Part shown: in pieces, positions 38,897-49,633 of the stretch
Layout: each line of letters starts with the position of its first letter
Numbering within the stretch: the stretch's first letter is position 1
Assembly (NCBI GenBank): GCA_963713975.1
Contig: OY970218.1
Span: forward strand, 1,920,001 to 1,984,000
Direction of reading: 5' to 3'
Length of the DNA: 64,000 bases
DNA from: an uncultured Chloroflexia bacterium
GTDB taxonomy: Bacteria > Chloroflexota > Limnocylindria > Limnocylindrales > CSP1-4
Notes under the pieces: model-generated
What the model was told of the DNA's origin: nothing
The model's database searches: none
What the model saw: only the letters and a program-made list of their open reading frames with translations
Made by a program: the position numbers and the translations under genes

Positions 38897-39957
38897 TGAC
38901 GTCCGTACGGATCGGGATGCTGGGCTGTGGCTTCATCGGCGAGTTCCACGCCCTGGGGCTCCGCTATGTGCGGGATGCCCGGATCGTCGCCAGCTGCGAC
39001 GCGAGCGCCGAGCGGCGCGAGGCGTATGCCGCGCGCTTTGGCGGTACCGCGTATGCGACCGTCGAGGAGCTGTGCGCCGACCCGGACGTCGACCTCGCGG
39101 TCGTGTCGCTGCCCAACCACCTGCACCGTGAGGCCGTGCTGGCGCTGGCGGCAGCCGGCAAGGGGGTCGCGTGCACGAAGCCGCTCGGCCGCAATGCGGA
39201 CGAGGCGGCGGACATGCTGCGCGCCGTGACCGAGGCCGGCGTGTTCAACGCCTACCTCGAGAACGTGATCTTCAACCCGGACCTGCTGCGGATGCGGGAC
39301 ATGGTCGTGGCGGGCGCCATCGGGCGGCTGACCACGGTGCGTGCTCGCGAGGGCCACTCCGGGCCGCATGCCCAGCACTTCTGGGATGCCGGGCTGGCCG
39401 GTGGCGGGGCGCTCCTGGACATGGCGTCACACGGCGCCGAGTACGCGCGGTTCCTGTTCGGCAAGGACGTCGCCGTGACTGACGTGTTCGCCTGGGGCGC
39501 CACGCTGGTCCATGGGGAGCGCACGACCGGCGAGGACAACGCGATGATGATCATGCGCTTCGCCGATGGGCGGGCGGCGACCATCGACGTGTCCTGGTCC
39601 TCCAAGGGAGGGCTCGAGGGCCGCTTTGAGGCCTACGGCGACGCCGGGCGCCTGATCACCGACATCAGCGTGGGCTCCCTCAAGGCCTTCGTCGAGCGCC
39701 CGGCCGGGTATCTCGTGGAGAAGGCGGACGTCGAGACGGGCTGGGTCTTCCCGGTGCCCGACGAGGTGCGCGTTCACGGCCACGACCTCATGATGGCGGA
39801 CGTGATCGACGCCTTCCGGACCGGCCGCGCCCCCTCGGAGACCTTCGAGGACGGCTACGCCGTGAACGGCATCCTCGACGCCGCCTACCGGTCCATCCGC
39901 AGTGGTACCTGGGAGCCCGTGACGCTGGACTCGACCCTGCTTGGTGCCGGCGCTTGA
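38896..39957 (+). CDS. Gfo/Idh/MocA-family oxidoreductase #3
   Basis: GCGFIG, LPNHLH, CTKPLG, GGGALLDM.SH, EDNA. Confidence 0.9.
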   Translation: MTSVRIGMLGCGFIGEFHALGLRYVRDARIVASCDASAERREAYAARFGGTAYATVEELCADPDVDLAVVSLPNHLHREAVLALAAAGKGVACTKPLGRNADEAADMLRAVTEAGVFNAYLENVIFNPDLLRMRDMVVAGAIGRLTTVRAREGHSGPHAQHFWDAGLAGGGALLDMASHGAEYARFLFGKDVAVTDVFAWGATLVHGERTTGEDNAMMIMRFADGRAATIDVSWSSKGGLEGRFEAYGDAGRLITDISVGSLKAFVERPAGYLVEKADVETGWVFPVPDEVRVHGHDLMMADVIDAFRTGRAPSETFEDGYAVNGILDAAYRSIRSGTWEPVTLDSTLLGAGA

Positions 39958-40754
39958 TCACCGCTCCCGCCACGGCGGCCGACACCTGGCTCCAGCGGGC
40001 GGCCGATGTCATCGCGCGCGTCGCGGAGACGCAGTCCGAGGGGATCGAGACGGCCAGCCGATGGTGCGCGGAGGCCATCGCGTGCGATGGCCTCGTGCAT
40101 CTCTTCGGCACCGGTCACTCGCGGATCCCGGTGGAGGAGATGTTCCCGCGCTACGGGTCCTACCCGGGCTTCAACCCCATCGTCGAGCTGTCCATGACGT
40201 TCCATACCCAGGTGGTCGGGGCGAACGGGCAGCGCCAGGCGATGTTCATCGAGCGCCTGCCCGGGCTCGCCGAGGTCATCCTGTCCAACTTCCGCTTTGG
40301 CCCGCACGACGTGATGATGGTCTTCTCGGCCGGCGGTCTGACCGCGGCCCCGGTGGAGATGGCACGTGGCGCGCGGGCCCGGGGCATGCGCGTGATCGCC
40401 GTCACGTCGATCGCGCAGTCCATGTCCGCCGAACCGGATGCCGCCGCTGGCGCGCGGCTTCTGGACGAAGCAGATATCGTGCTGGACGTGTGCACTCCCG
40501 CTGCAGACGCCATGGTGACGATCGACGGTCTCGAGAGCCCGGTTGGTCCCGGATCCACCATCGGCGCCGTCGCCATCGTCAACGCCATCAAGGTCCGGAC
40601 CGCCGAGCTCCTCGTGGAGCAGGGGGCGATGCCCCCGGTCCTCACGCGCGCGAGCGCCGTTGGGGCCGAGCGGTCGAGGACGCTCTTCGACGAAGCCTAT
40701 CGAGAGCATGCGCGGCGGCTCGCCCGTGCGATCGACCAGCAAGGAGGTGGGTGA
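39954..40754 (+). CDS. SIS-domain sugar isomerase-like protein (UPF0309-like)
   Basis: HLFGTGHS, EEMFPR.G, ERL.G.A, VIAVTS, P.ST. TTG start overlapping the upstream stop. Confidence 0.85.
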   Translation: MITAPATAADTWLQRAADVIARVAETQSEGIETASRWCAEAIACDGLVHLFGTGHSRIPVEEMFPRYGSYPGFNPIVELSMTFHTQVVGANGQRQAMFIERLPGLAEVILSNFRFGPHDVMMVFSAGGLTAAPVEMARGARARGMRVIAVTSIAQSMSAEPDAAAGARLLDEADIVLDVCTPAADAMVTIDGLESPVGPGSTIGAVAIVNAIKVRTAELLVEQGAMPPVLTRASAVGAERSRTLFDEAYREHARRLARAIDQQGGG

Positions 40755-40846
40755 CGCTCCAACGAGCTCGACGCAACACACTGGGATACCGGCGGACCTC
40801 TGCTCGATCCTGAGCAACCGGCCGCCACAAGGAGGAGACGCAGTAC

Positions 40847-42025
40847 ATGAAGCAACTAGGCAAGACCCGGGCCCTGGTCGCCCTGGCGGCGATCGCGGTC
40901 ATCGCGGGCGCCTGCGGCAGCAGTGCCGCGACCGAGGCTCCGGCCACGGCCGCCCCTGCCACCGAGGCTCCGGCCACCGAGGCCCCGGCCACCGAGGCCC
41001 CGGCCACCGAGGCCCCGGCCGCAATGTTCAAGATCGGTTACTCGAACGGCGGCGGCGTCGGCAACGGCTTCCGCGAGGAGCAGGTCTGCACCGCCAAGGC
41101 GCAGGCGCTGGCCTCCGGGCAAGTTTCCGAGCTGATCACGATCCACCGCAACACGGACGCCGCCGGCCAGCTCCAGGACATCCGCGACCTGATCGCGGCG
41201 GGCGTTGACGCCATCGTCTTCAACCCGAACGACCCCGCGGCCCTCAACCCGGCGCTCGAGGAGGCCAAGGCGGCCGGCATCCTGACCGTCGCGGTCGATG
41301 CCTACACCACCAACCCCGACACCTACAACCTCTACAACAACCAGATCGACTACGCCTACCTCGGCGCCAAGTGGCTGTTCGAGCAGATGGGCGGCGCGGG
41401 CAACGTCTACTACATGCGCGGCTTCGCCGGCCACCCGGCCGACAACGATCGCGACATCGGGTTCAAGAAGGCGCTTGCCGAGTACCCGGACATCAAGGTC
41501 CTCCCGAACGCCGACGGCGTGCACACGGGCTGGGATCCGGCGACCACGACCCAGCTGATCAACGACTACATCGCCAGCGGCCAGTACGACGACACCCAGG
41601 GCATCTGGACGTCGGGCATGGACTCGCAGGTCGTTGACGCGATCAAGGCCGCCAACAAGAGCTTCGTGCCGATCGTCGGCGCGGACCTCGGCGCATTCGT
41701 CGCCCAGCTCCTCAACCCCACCGACTACCCGGCCCTCGAGGGCGTCGCCGTCACCAACACCGCCGCCGTCGGCGGAGCGGGCGTTGGCCTCGCGCTCAAG
41801 CTGCTCCAGAACGAGTCGGTCACGACCGACCCGAGCGCAACCCAGCCGAACACCGTCCTCCTGACTCCCGTCGCGGCCGACAACGTGACCGACGCCGGCA
41901 AGGCGCTCCTCGCGTCCTGGCAGGTCGACGGCCTCGATCCCAACTGGCCGCTTGGCCTCCAGATCGACGGCTTCACCACGTACACCCCCGAGCAGGCCGT
42001 CGCCTGCAAGGGCCCGGGCGAGTAG
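40847..42025 (+). CDS. Sugar ABC transporter substrate-binding lipoprotein (periplasmic binding protein type I)
   Basis: Lipobox AGAC, KIGYSN, Q..DIRDLIA.GVDAIV.NP, AGGAGG RBS. Confidence 0.9.
   Translation: MKQLGKTRALVALAAIAVIAGACGSSAATEAPATAAPATEAPATEAPATEAPATEAPAAMFKIGYSNGGGVGNGFREEQVCTAKAQALASGQVSELITIHRNTDAAGQLQDIRDLIAAGVDAIVFNPNDPAALNPALEEAKAAGILTVAVDAYTTNPDTYNLYNNQIDYAYLGAKWLFEQMGGAGNVYYMRGFAGHPADNDRDIGFKKALAEYPDIKVLPNADGVHTGWDPATTTQLINDYIASGQYDDTQGIWTSGMDSQVVDAIKAANKSFVPIVGADLGAFVAQLLNPTDYPALEGVAVTNTAAVGGAGVGLALKLLQNESVTTDPSATQPNTVLLTPVAADNVTDAGKALLASWQVDGLDPNWPLGLQIDGFTTYTPEQAVACKGPGE
40931..41020 (+). repeat. 6 x 15-bp tandem repeat encoding a TEAPA linker
   Basis: ACCGAGGCYCCGGCC units with one degenerate copy. 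Confidence 0.9.
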
Positions 42026-42052
42026 CACTCCCCGAGTCAACTCGGATCACCT

Positions 42053-42081
42053 GGGAGATGCCGGCTCGTCCGGCATCTCCC
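42053..42081 (+). terminator. Perfect 12-bp hairpin between the SBP and ATPase genes (attenuator or mRNA stabiliser)
   Basis: GGGAGATGCCGG-ctcgt-CCGGCATCTCCC. Confidence 0.65.
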
Positions 42082-42098
42082 GTCTATACCGGGGAACC

Positions 42099-43658
42099 AT
42101 GACCCTCACCGCCACAGACCTCCTGCTGGAGGCGACGGGAATCACCAAGACCTACGGCGCGGTCGTCGCGCTCAAGGCCGCGTCCCTCGCCGTCCACCCG
42201 GGCGAGGTCCATGCGCTCATGGGCGCCAACGGCGCCGGCAAGAGCACGTTCGTCAAGATCCTGACCGGTGCCGTCCACCCCGATGGCGGCACGATCGCCG
42301 TGCGCGGGCGGACGCGTGTCGTCCATTCTCCGGGCGAGGCACGCCGCGGCGGCCTCGTGCCCGTCTACCAGGAGCCGGCGCTGATCCGGGACCTGGACAT
42401 CCGTGACAACCTCCGTCTCACCGAGACACCGATCGAGCCGTTCCTGCACTGGGCGCAGGAGCTCGGCCTAGGTGACCTTGACCTGTCGGTCATGGCGCGG
42501 CGTGTGCCGCTCGCATCCCTCCGGATCATCGACCTCGCGCGCGCTCTCGCCATCGAGCCCGACGTCCTGATGCTCGACGAGATGACCGCGGCGCTGCCCG
42601 CGAATCTCACCGAGCGCGTGCTCGAGGTGGTCGGTCGTCTCCGCGGCGGCGACAGGTCCGTCATCTTCATCTCCCACCGCATGATCGAGATCGCGGAGGT
42701 CTGCGACCGGGCGACCGTGCTCCGCGAGGGAGAGACGGTGGGCGTGGTGGACGTCGCCGCGGGCTCCGAGGATCAGATCGTCGAGCTCATGCTCGGCGAG
42801 AGTGCCGAGGAGCTGTCCGCGGTCGCGCACCGGACGGCTGCCAGGGTACGGGCGCCGGGGGCAGCGCCGCGCATCACCGCGCGCGACCTCACCGCCCGCA
42901 AGATCCTCCACGACGTGTCCTTCGACCTCTATCCGGGTGAGGTGCTCGGGGTGGTCGCGCTCGAGGGCCAGGGCCAGGACGAGCTGTTCGAGATCCTCTC
43001 CGGCTCGGAGCGCCCCAAGCGTGGTGAGCTGCTCGTGGACGGCGAGGCTGTCAACTTCCACCACCCGGCCGACGCGATCCGGGCCGGCCTCGTGTACGTG
43101 CCGGCTGATCGTGCCGAGGCCCTGCTGATGCAGCGGTCGGTCCGCGAGAACATCGCCCTCCCCTTCACAACCGCGATGCGCCGGTGGGGCCTGATCCGAA
43201 GCCTTGAAGAGAACCGGAAGGTCGAGGACGCCATCGAGACCCTCCAGATCGACACGCGGGCCCAGGGCGAGGTCCGGCGGCTATCTGGCGGCAACCAGCA
43301 GAAGGTCACGATCGCCCGCTGGGTCGCCGGTGGCGTGCGGACCCTGCTCTGCTTCGACCCAACGCGCGGCATCGACATCCGGACCAAGAACCAGATCTAC
43401 GGCCTGCTGCGCGACCTCGCCGAGGGAGGCGCGGCCGTGCTGTTCTACACGTCGGAGCTCAAGGAGGTCCAGCTGGTCTGCGACCGGGCGATCGTCATCT
43501 TCGGCGGCCAGCTGGTCGCGGAGATCGGGGTCGCCGACGCGGACGAGCCGGCGCTGCTCCGTGCGGCCTACAACCTGAGGGCGGACGGTGCCCCGGCCCA
43601 GCCGGCTGCCGTCGAGCCGCTCGTGCCCCCGACCAACGACGGGGTTGATGCCGAATGA
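42099..43658 (+). CDS. Sugar ABC transporter ATP-binding protein (CUT2, two ABC domains)
   Basis: GANGAGKST, LDE.TA, FISH, LSGGNQQKV, DPTRGID. Confidence 0.93.
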   Translation: MTLTATDLLLEATGITKTYGAVVALKAASLAVHPGEVHALMGANGAGKSTFVKILTGAVHPDGGTIAVRGRTRVVHSPGEARRGGLVPVYQEPALIRDLDIRDNLRLTETPIEPFLHWAQELGLGDLDLSVMARRVPLASLRIIDLARALAIEPDVLMLDEMTAALPANLTERVLEVVGRLRGGDRSVIFISHRMIEIAEVCDRATVLREGETVGVVDVAAGSEDQIVELMLGESAEELSAVAHRTAARVRAPGAAPRITARDLTARKILHDVSFDLYPGEVLGVVALEGQGQDELFEILSGSERPKRGELLVDGEAVNFHHPADAIRAGLVYVPADRAEALLMQRSVRENIALPFTTAMRRWGLIRSLEENRKVEDAIETLQIDTRAQGEVRRLSGGNQQKVTIARWVAGGVRTLLCFDPTRGIDIRTKNQIYGLLRDLAEGGAAVLFYTSELKEVQLVCDRAIVIFGGQLVAEIGVADADEPALLRAAYNLRADGAPAQPAAVEPLVPPTNDGVDAE

Positions 43659-44644
43659 GCGCCGCCGCCGCTCCCGTCCAGCGTTCCGTGCCCGTCGGAT
43701 CGTTCCTGCATCGCAACGGGTGGACGCTCGGGCTGGTCGGGTTCCTCGCCCTGCTCCTCCTGTTCACCAAGTACATCCAGCCCGACTACGGCGTGGCCGG
43801 GGTCCAGGGGCTCGCCATCTCCGTGCTGCCGCTGGCCCTGGCCGCGGTCGCCCAGGCCATCGTGGTGATCTCGGGAGGGATCGATCTCTCGGTCGGGTCA
43901 ATGATGGCCCTGACCAGCGTGGTCGCGGCCTCGCAGATGAAGGGCCAGTCCGAGGAGTTCGGCGTCCTCGTGGTGATCGGCGTGCTCATGCTGGGCCTCG
44001 CTCTGGGCGCCATCAACGGCGGCGTCGTCGTCGCCACCCGGGTGCCGGACATCGTGGTCACGCTCGCCATGTCCTTCGTGTGGGCCGGCTTCGCGCTGCT
44101 GGTGCTCAAGACCCCCGGCGGCGGTTCGGTCGCCTGGCTGAAGGACCTCGTCCTGGGCTCCCTCGGCAACGAGTGGATCCCGAAGGCCGCCGTCGTCCTT
44201 ATCTTCATCGTGGCCATCATCTGGATCCCGTTCCGCCGATCGAGGCTCGGCCTCTCGATCTACGCGATCGGCAGCAATCGCCTCGCCGCCTTCCGCAGCG
44301 GGGTGGAGGTCGGCCGGACCAAGATCCTGGCCTACGCCCTGACGGGCCTGTTCGCGGCGCTGGGCGGTCTGTCGCTCACCGCGAGCACCGGGATCGGGAC
44401 GCCGGTTCCCGGGCCGTACACGCTCATGAGCGTGGCCGCCGTCGTGCTTGGTGGCGTCAGCCTGGCCGGTGGCCGGGGCGGCGTGTTCGGGCCGATCGTG
44501 GCGGTCATGATCCTGCAGCTCATCCGTACCGACATCACGTTCCTCAGGATCAACCCGAACGTCGCGGTGGTCGTACAGGGGGCGATCCTCATCGGAGTGG
44601 TCATGATCGGCAGTCTCGTACAGATCCGGAGGGCGCGAGCATGA
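43655..44644 (+). CDS. Sugar ABC transporter permease
   Basis: GGIDLSVG, IYAIGSN..AA..SG, AAVVLGG.SL.GG.G. Confidence 0.92.
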   Translation: MSAAAAPVQRSVPVGSFLHRNGWTLGLVGFLALLLLFTKYIQPDYGVAGVQGLAISVLPLALAAVAQAIVVISGGIDLSVGSMMALTSVVAASQMKGQSEEFGVLVVIGVLMLGLALGAINGGVVVATRVPDIVVTLAMSFVWAGFALLVLKTPGGGSVAWLKDLVLGSLGNEWIPKAAVVLIFIVAIIWIPFRRSRLGLSIYAIGSNRLAAFRSGVEVGRTKILAYALTGLFAALGGLSLTASTGIGTPVPGPYTLMSVAAVVLGGVSLAGGRGGVFGPIVAVMILQLIRTDITFLRINPNVAVVVQGAILIGVVMIGSLVQIRRARA

Positions 44645-45639
44645 CCGGTCTCGCCGGAACGCCCAGTGCAAGCAGCCCCTGGCGCAGCGCCGCTGGCTGG
44701 CGCGCCCTGTTCCGCGACCGTCCGCTCGTCCCGCTGCTCGGCTTGCTCGCCCTGCTCGTCATCGTCCTGGGGCTGGTCAAGCCCGACATCATCAATCCCG
44801 GCTGGGTGGGCTTCACGCTGCGAGCCGCCATCCCCCTGGCGATCCTCGGCGCCTGCCAGACGCTCACGTTCCTGACCGGTGGCATCGACCTGTCGGTCGG
44901 CGCGGTCGCCTCCATGTCCGGGTTCGTCGTGGCGACGCTCGTCGGCCCCCAGGGCCTCCTGATCGCGGTCCTTGTTGCCCTGCTCATCGCGGCCTTCGTC
45001 GGCCTCATCACCGGCGTCGGTGTCGGGGTGTTCAGGGTGCACCCGCTGATCATGACGCTGGGCATGAGCCTGGTCGTCCTGGGCATGGCCAACGTCTGGC
45101 AGCTGATCATGGTCAAGACGGGCTCGGGCGTCCCCGACCTGGAGCGCTGGCTTGGGTCGGGCCTGACCTTCGAGGTGCTGCCCAACAGCCTGCTGATCTT
45201 CGTGCCCCTCGCCGCGGCGATCCTGCTCCTGCTGCGCCGCACCGGCTACGGACGGCTCCTGTACGCGATCGGCGACAACCCGGTCGCCTCGCGCCTGTCG
45301 GGCGCCCGGTCGTGGCAGGTCCTGATCGTCCTGTACATGCTCTCCGCCTGCATCGCCGCCCTCGCCGGCTTCCTCTACTCGGGTCTCAGCAACGTCGCCA
45401 GCGTGACCCTGGTCGACACCGCGGTCCTGCCGTCAGTGGCCGCCGCGGTCATCGGCGGCACGGCGATCATGGGCGGCCGCGGCGGCTACTCGGGCACCAT
45501 CGTCGGTGCGCTGATCCTGACCGTCCTGACCTCGCTGCTGACGGTCCTCGGGTTCCCGGAGGCCGTGCGCCAGATCCTGTTCGGCTCGATCATCGTGGCG
45601 GTCGCGGCGGCCTACACCCGGGTCACGGCGGAGTCCTGA
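44641..45639 (+). CDS. Sugar ABC transporter permease
   Basis: GGIDLSVG, YGR.LYAIGDN...SRLSG, AAAVIGGT...GGRG. Confidence 0.92.
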   Translation: MTGLAGTPSASSPWRSAAGWRALFRDRPLVPLLGLLALLVIVLGLVKPDIINPGWVGFTLRAAIPLAILGACQTLTFLTGGIDLSVGAVASMSGFVVATLVGPQGLLIAVLVALLIAAFVGLITGVGVGVFRVHPLIMTLGMSLVVLGMANVWQLIMVKTGSGVPDLERWLGSGLTFEVLPNSLLIFVPLAAAILLLLRRTGYGRLLYAIGDNPVASRLSGARSWQVLIVLYMLSACIAALAGFLYSGLSNVASVTLVDTAVLPSVAAAVIGGTAIMGGRGGYSGTIVGALILTVLTSLLTVLGFPEAVRQILFGSIIVAVAAAYTRVTAES

Positions 45640-45665
45640 GCGGGCTTCGACGGAGGAGATACGCG

Positions 45666-46601
45666 ATGACGGCGGGGACAGCGACGCGCCACCTGGGCCT
45701 GGATCTCGGCGCGACCAACCTCAAGTGGGCCGTCGTGGAGCATGAGGCCGGCACTTGGACCATCGTCGCGCGTGACCAGGTGCCGACGGAGGTGAGCGCC
45801 GCCCCTGCTGACGTTCCGGCCACGGTGGTCGGCCAGCTGGCGAGCATCGCCACGACGGCCATCGCTGCATGGGGACCCGTCACCACCGTCGGGATCGGGG
45901 TGCCGGGCCTTTATGACCCGGTCGCGGGCACGACCCGCTTCCTGCCCAACATCCCGGGACCGTGGGCGGGCCAGCCCGTGGGCGGGCCGGTGGCGGAGGC
46001 GACTGGGCTGCCCGCGTTCCTGATCAACGATGCGCGCGCCTTCGGCCTTGCGGAGCTGCGTCTCGGTGCCGGGCGCGGTGCCGGCGCGATGGTCGGGCTG
46101 ACGCTGGGTACCGGTGTCGGTGGGGTGTTCGCGGTCGACGGGCACGTCAACCTTGGCCATGACGGGACGGCGGGCGAGCTCGGTCACCAGACCATCGACC
46201 CGGACGGCCCGTGGTGCACCTGCGGGAACCGGGGCTGCATGGAGGCCTACGCGCGCGCCGACCAGATCGCGGCGGCCTGTGGCACCGCGACCGCGGAGGA
46301 GGCTGTCGCAAGGGCCCGTGCGGGTGACCCACGAGCCTGTGATGGGATGGCGCAGGTGGGACGGTACCTGGGGATCGGGATCAGCAACCTCGTGGTCATC
46401 ATCTCGCCTGACCGGATCGTGATCGGCGGCGGGATCGCCGCGGCCGGGGACCTCCTGTTCGAGCCGATCCGCGCCGAGCTCCAGCGCCGCGTCCACATCA
46501 CCTCCCTCGACGATGTCGTGCTGGTCCAGGCGGAGCTTGGGACGTGGGCAGGCTCGATCGGGGCGGCCGTCCACGGCGCGGAGCAGGCGGCGGCGACATG
46601 A
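45666..46601 (+). CDS. ROK-family sugar kinase
   Basis: [41 protein letters not shown]. No HTH. Confidence 0.9.
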   Translation: MTAGTATRHLGLDLGATNLKWAVVEHEAGTWTIVARDQVPTEVSAAPADVPATVVGQLASIATTAIAAWGPVTTVGIGVPGLYDPVAGTTRFLPNIPGPWAGQPVGGPVAEATGLPAFLINDARAFGLAELRLGAGRGAGAMVGLTLGTGVGGVFAVDGHVNLGHDGTAGELGHQTIDPDGPWCTCGNRGCMEAYARADQIAAACGTATAEEAVARARAGDPRACDGMAQVGRYLGIGISNLVVIISPDRIVIGGGIAAAGDLLFEPIRAELQRRVHITSLDDVVLVQAELGTWAGSIGAAVHGAEQAAAT

Positions 46602-47341
46602 TGCCCCAGCCCGCGTGGCTTCCCCACTACCGCCAGATCGAGCTGGCGCTGCGTGACCGGCTGCCGACGCTGCGTCCGGGCGAACGACTGCCATCGGACA
46701 GCGACCTGTGCCGCGAGTTCGGGGTCAGCAGGATGACGGCGCGCAACGCGATGCAGCGCCTGGCGGACGATGGTCTCGTGCAGCGGATCCCCGGGCGCGG
46801 CACGTTCGTCATCGAGCCGCCGTCTCACCGGCACGCGGACCGCCTGATGGCGTTCTCGCACGAGATGGAGCGACGGGGGCTCACGCCAGGGTCGCGGCTG
46901 CTCGCTCGCGAGATCCGCCCCGCGACGCCCCACGACGCGCAGTCGCTCGGTGTCCACCTCGGCGACCCGGTGGTCCTCGTCCGTCGCCTGCGGATGGCCG
47001 ACGGCGTGCCGATGGCGATCGAGACGGCGGTCCTCGTCCGCCGCACCGCGGATGCGGTGATGCTCTCAGACCTTGAATCCGGGTCAATGCACGAGGCGCT
47101 CGACAGGGCAGGCCTGCAGCTCCGGCGTGGCATGGCGACGATCACGTCCGAGGCGGCCACGTCAGAGGATGCGGGTCTCCTGGCCGTGCAAATCGGCGAT
47201 CCGCTCCTCGTGGAGCGTCGCGTCATCGAGGATGCCGCCGGTCGGCGCGTGGAGGCCACCGAGTCCCGCTATCCGGGTGACCGCTACGCGCTCGATGTCC
47301 GCTTCGATGTGGACGACCGGCCCCAGGACGCAGCGTCGTGA
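46598..47341 (+). CDS. GntR/HutC-family regulator with UTRA domain
   Basis: [23 protein letters not shown]-terminal UTRA. Confidence 0.9.
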   Translation: MMPQPAWLPHYRQIELALRDRLPTLRPGERLPSDSDLCREFGVSRMTARNAMQRLADDGLVQRIPGRGTFVIEPPSHRHADRLMAFSHEMERRGLTPGSRLLAREIRPATPHDAQSLGVHLGDPVVLVRRLRMADGVPMAIETAVLVRRTADAVMLSDLESGSMHEALDRAGLQLRRGMATITSEAATSEDAGLLAVQIGDPLLVERRVIEDAAGRRVEATESRYPGDRYALDVRFDVDDRPQDAAS

Positions 47342-48492
47342 GCGGCCCGTCCCGGGAGCGCGTTCGCATGGCGCTGAGCCACCGCGAGCCGGACCGCATT
47401 CCTTTCGACCTTGGCGGCTCGCGCATGACCGGCATCCACATCCGCGCCTACGCCCGACTCCGGACGGCCCTCGGCCTGCCCGCCATCGATGTCCGCGTGA
47501 GCGACGTGACCCAGCAGCTCGCCGACGTCGACACGGACGTCATGGACCTGCTGGGCTGTGACGTCCGCCTCGTCGGGCCCCGCTCGGCTTCCGGGTACCG
47601 CCACGAGGTGGTACAGGAGGGCGGCTACCTGTCCTTCCGCGACGAGTGGGGAGTCGGGCGCCGGATGCCGAGCGTCGACGGCCTGTACTACGACGCGTTC
47701 GACGAGCCGCTCGGAGGCGAGGTGGACGCCGCGACGATCGACGCGTTCCCGTGGCCCGACCCCACCGATCCAGGCCGCTACGCGGGCATGGTCGAGGCGG
47801 CCAGGCACATCGCCGAGGTCGAGGGGCGCGCCGTGTTCGTCGGGTCGATCTGCAGCGGTCTCTCCGAGGGCCTGTTCAAGGTACGCGGCTTCGAGGACGG
47901 CTACATGGACCTCGCGGCGGACCCCGATCGCGCCCGGCATGTCATGGAGAAGGTCCTTGAGGTCAAGCTCGCCTACTGGGACCGGGTCCTGCGTGACCTG
48001 GGCGACCTGGTCGATATCGTGGGCGAGGCCGATGACCTCGGAGGGCAGGACCGGCCCCTGTTCTCACCGTCGACCTACCGGGCCCTGGTGAAGCCCCTCC
48101 AGCGGGAGCTCTTCTCGTTCATCCGGGCCCGGACGTCCGCCCGGATCTTCCTCCACAGCTGTGGTGCCATCCGCGAGCTCATCCCGGACTTGATCGAGAT
48201 CGGCGTCGACGTTCTCAACCCGGTCCAGGTCTCGGCGACCGGCATGGACAGCGCGGAGCTCAAGCGCGAGTTCGGGCGCGACCTCGTCTTCTGGGGCGGG
48301 GGCGTCGACACCCAGCGTGTCCTGGGGGCCGGTACCCCGGAAGAGGTGTACGCCGAGGTCCGGCGGCGCGTGGACGACCTGCGGCCCGGCGGAGGCTTCG
48401 TGTTTGCCGCGGTCCACAACATCCAGCCCAATGTGCCCGCCGCGAACATCCTCGCGATGCGGGCCGCACTGCGGGAGGCAGATGATGCATGA
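47338..48492 (+). CDS. Uroporphyrinogen decarboxylase / MtaA-CmuA methyltransferase family protein
   Basis: SRERV..AL.H.EPDR.P, DEWG, ADD.G.Q, HSCGAI, LNPVQ, FWGGG.DTQ, GGGF.FA..HNIQ. Confidence 0.88.
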   Translation: MSGPSRERVRMALSHREPDRIPFDLGGSRMTGIHIRAYARLRTALGLPAIDVRVSDVTQQLADVDTDVMDLLGCDVRLVGPRSASGYRHEVVQEGGYLSFRDEWGVGRRMPSVDGLYYDAFDEPLGGEVDAATIDAFPWPDPTDPGRYAGMVEAARHIAEVEGRAVFVGSICSGLSEGLFKVRGFEDGYMDLAADPDRARHVMEKVLEVKLAYWDRVLRDLGDLVDIVGEADDLGGQDRPLFSPSTYRALVKPLQRELFSFIRARTSARIFLHSCGAIRELIPDLIEIGVDVLNPVQVSATGMDSAELKREFGRDLVFWGGGVDTQRVLGAGTPEEVYAEVRRRVDDLRPGGGFVFAAVHNIQPNVPAANILAMRAALREADDA

Positions 48493-49633
48493 GGTGATCG
48501 AGGGCCGGCTGGTCCTCGCGGATGAGGTCCTGCCCGGCCGGGTGGTCGTCGAGGACGGCTGGATCACGGACCTGGCAACGGACCCGGGGAACGAGGCGTG
48601 GGGGGCCGGGCCGCTGTTCGCGCCGGGCCTGATCGACGTCCATGTCCACGGGTGGGGCGGCCACGACGGCACCGGCGATGCTGCTGCGCTGTCGGGCATG
48701 GCCCGAGCCCTGTACCGGCGGGGGATCACCTCCTTCCTGCCGACGGCCCCCTCGCTGCCCGAGCCCGAGATCCCGCGCTTCGCGGCTCGGGTCCGCGAGT
48801 GGATGCCCGAAGCGCCGGTGGACGGGGCCGAACCGTTGGGCTTCAACCTCGAGGGTCCGTTCATCGCCCCGGCGCGCAAGGGTGCGCATGACCCCGCGCT
48901 CCTGCGGACCCCGGCGAACATCGACCCGGCCGTCATCGAGGCATCCCTGGACGGCCTGAGGATCATGACCATCGCCCCTGAGCTGCCGGGCGCCCTGGCG
49001 CTCATAAAGCGACTGGCCGGCCTTGGGATCGTGCCGTCCATCGGCCACTCCGCCGCGACCCTGGACGAGGCGCGGGCAGGCTACCGCGCCGGTGGGACGA
49101 CGGCCGCGAAGACGACTACGCACCTGTTCAACGCGATGACCGGCGTGGACCACCGTCTCCCGGGGCTGGCCGTCGCGGCCCTCACCGAGGACGACGCCTA
49201 CGTCGAGCTGGTCGCGGACGGGTTCCACGTCCACCCCGGGCTGTGGCCGATCATCCTGCGCTCGAAGCCTGCGGGCCGTCTCGTGCTCATCAGCGACGCG
49301 ATGTCCCTCGCAGGGACGGGTGATGGTCCAGGGAGCATCGGGGGGCTGGACGTGGTGGTGCGCGGAGGCCGCGTGACGCTGACGGGCACCGAGACGCTGG
49401 CCGGGTCAGTCATCGCCATCGACATGGCGGTCCGCAACATGGTCCGCGAGGGCGTCCCGATGCCGGTGGTGATCGCCGCCGCGTCGGCCAACCCGGCGGC
49501 CCTCCTGGGCGAGACGGACCGAGGACGCATCGAGGTCGGCCGACGCGCCCACCTGATCGAGCTGGACGACGACCTGTACGTGCAACGGGTCACGCGAGGT
49601 GCGGGCTGGACGATGGCGGCAGGGAGATCATGA
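48485..49633 (+). CDS. nagA: N-acetylglucosamine-6-phosphate deacetylase
   Basis: PGLID.HVHG, TSFLPT, LEGPFI...KGAH, T.APE, GHS.A, THLFNAM, DG.HVHP, SDA, LAGS. Confidence 0.92.
   Translation: MHEVIEGRLVLADEVLPGRVVVEDGWITDLATDPGNEAWGAGPLFAPGLIDVHVHGWGGHDGTGDAAALSGMARALYRRGITSFLPTAPSLPEPEIPRFAARVREWMPEAPVDGAEPLGFNLEGPFIAPARKGAHDPALLRTPANIDPAVIEASLDGLRIMTIAPELPGALALIKRLAGLGIVPSIGHSAATLDEARAGYRAGGTTAAKTTTHLFNAMTGVDHRLPGLAVAALTEDDAYVELVADGFHVHPGLWPIILRSKPAGRLVLISDAMSLAGTGDGPGSIGGLDVVVRGGRVTLTGTETLAGSVIAIDMAVRNMVREGVPMPVVIAAASANPAALLGETDRGRIEVGRRAHLIELDDDLYVQRVTRGAGWTMAAGRS

Noticed and set aside
40931-41020. 15-bp tandem repeats as a CRISPR-like array
   Set aside because: They are in-frame, have no spacers and encode a lipoprotein linker; no cas genes are present.
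47338-48492. Annotation as heme-pathway hemE
   Set aside because: It lacks the HemE W.MRQAGR motif and lies in a sugar operon.
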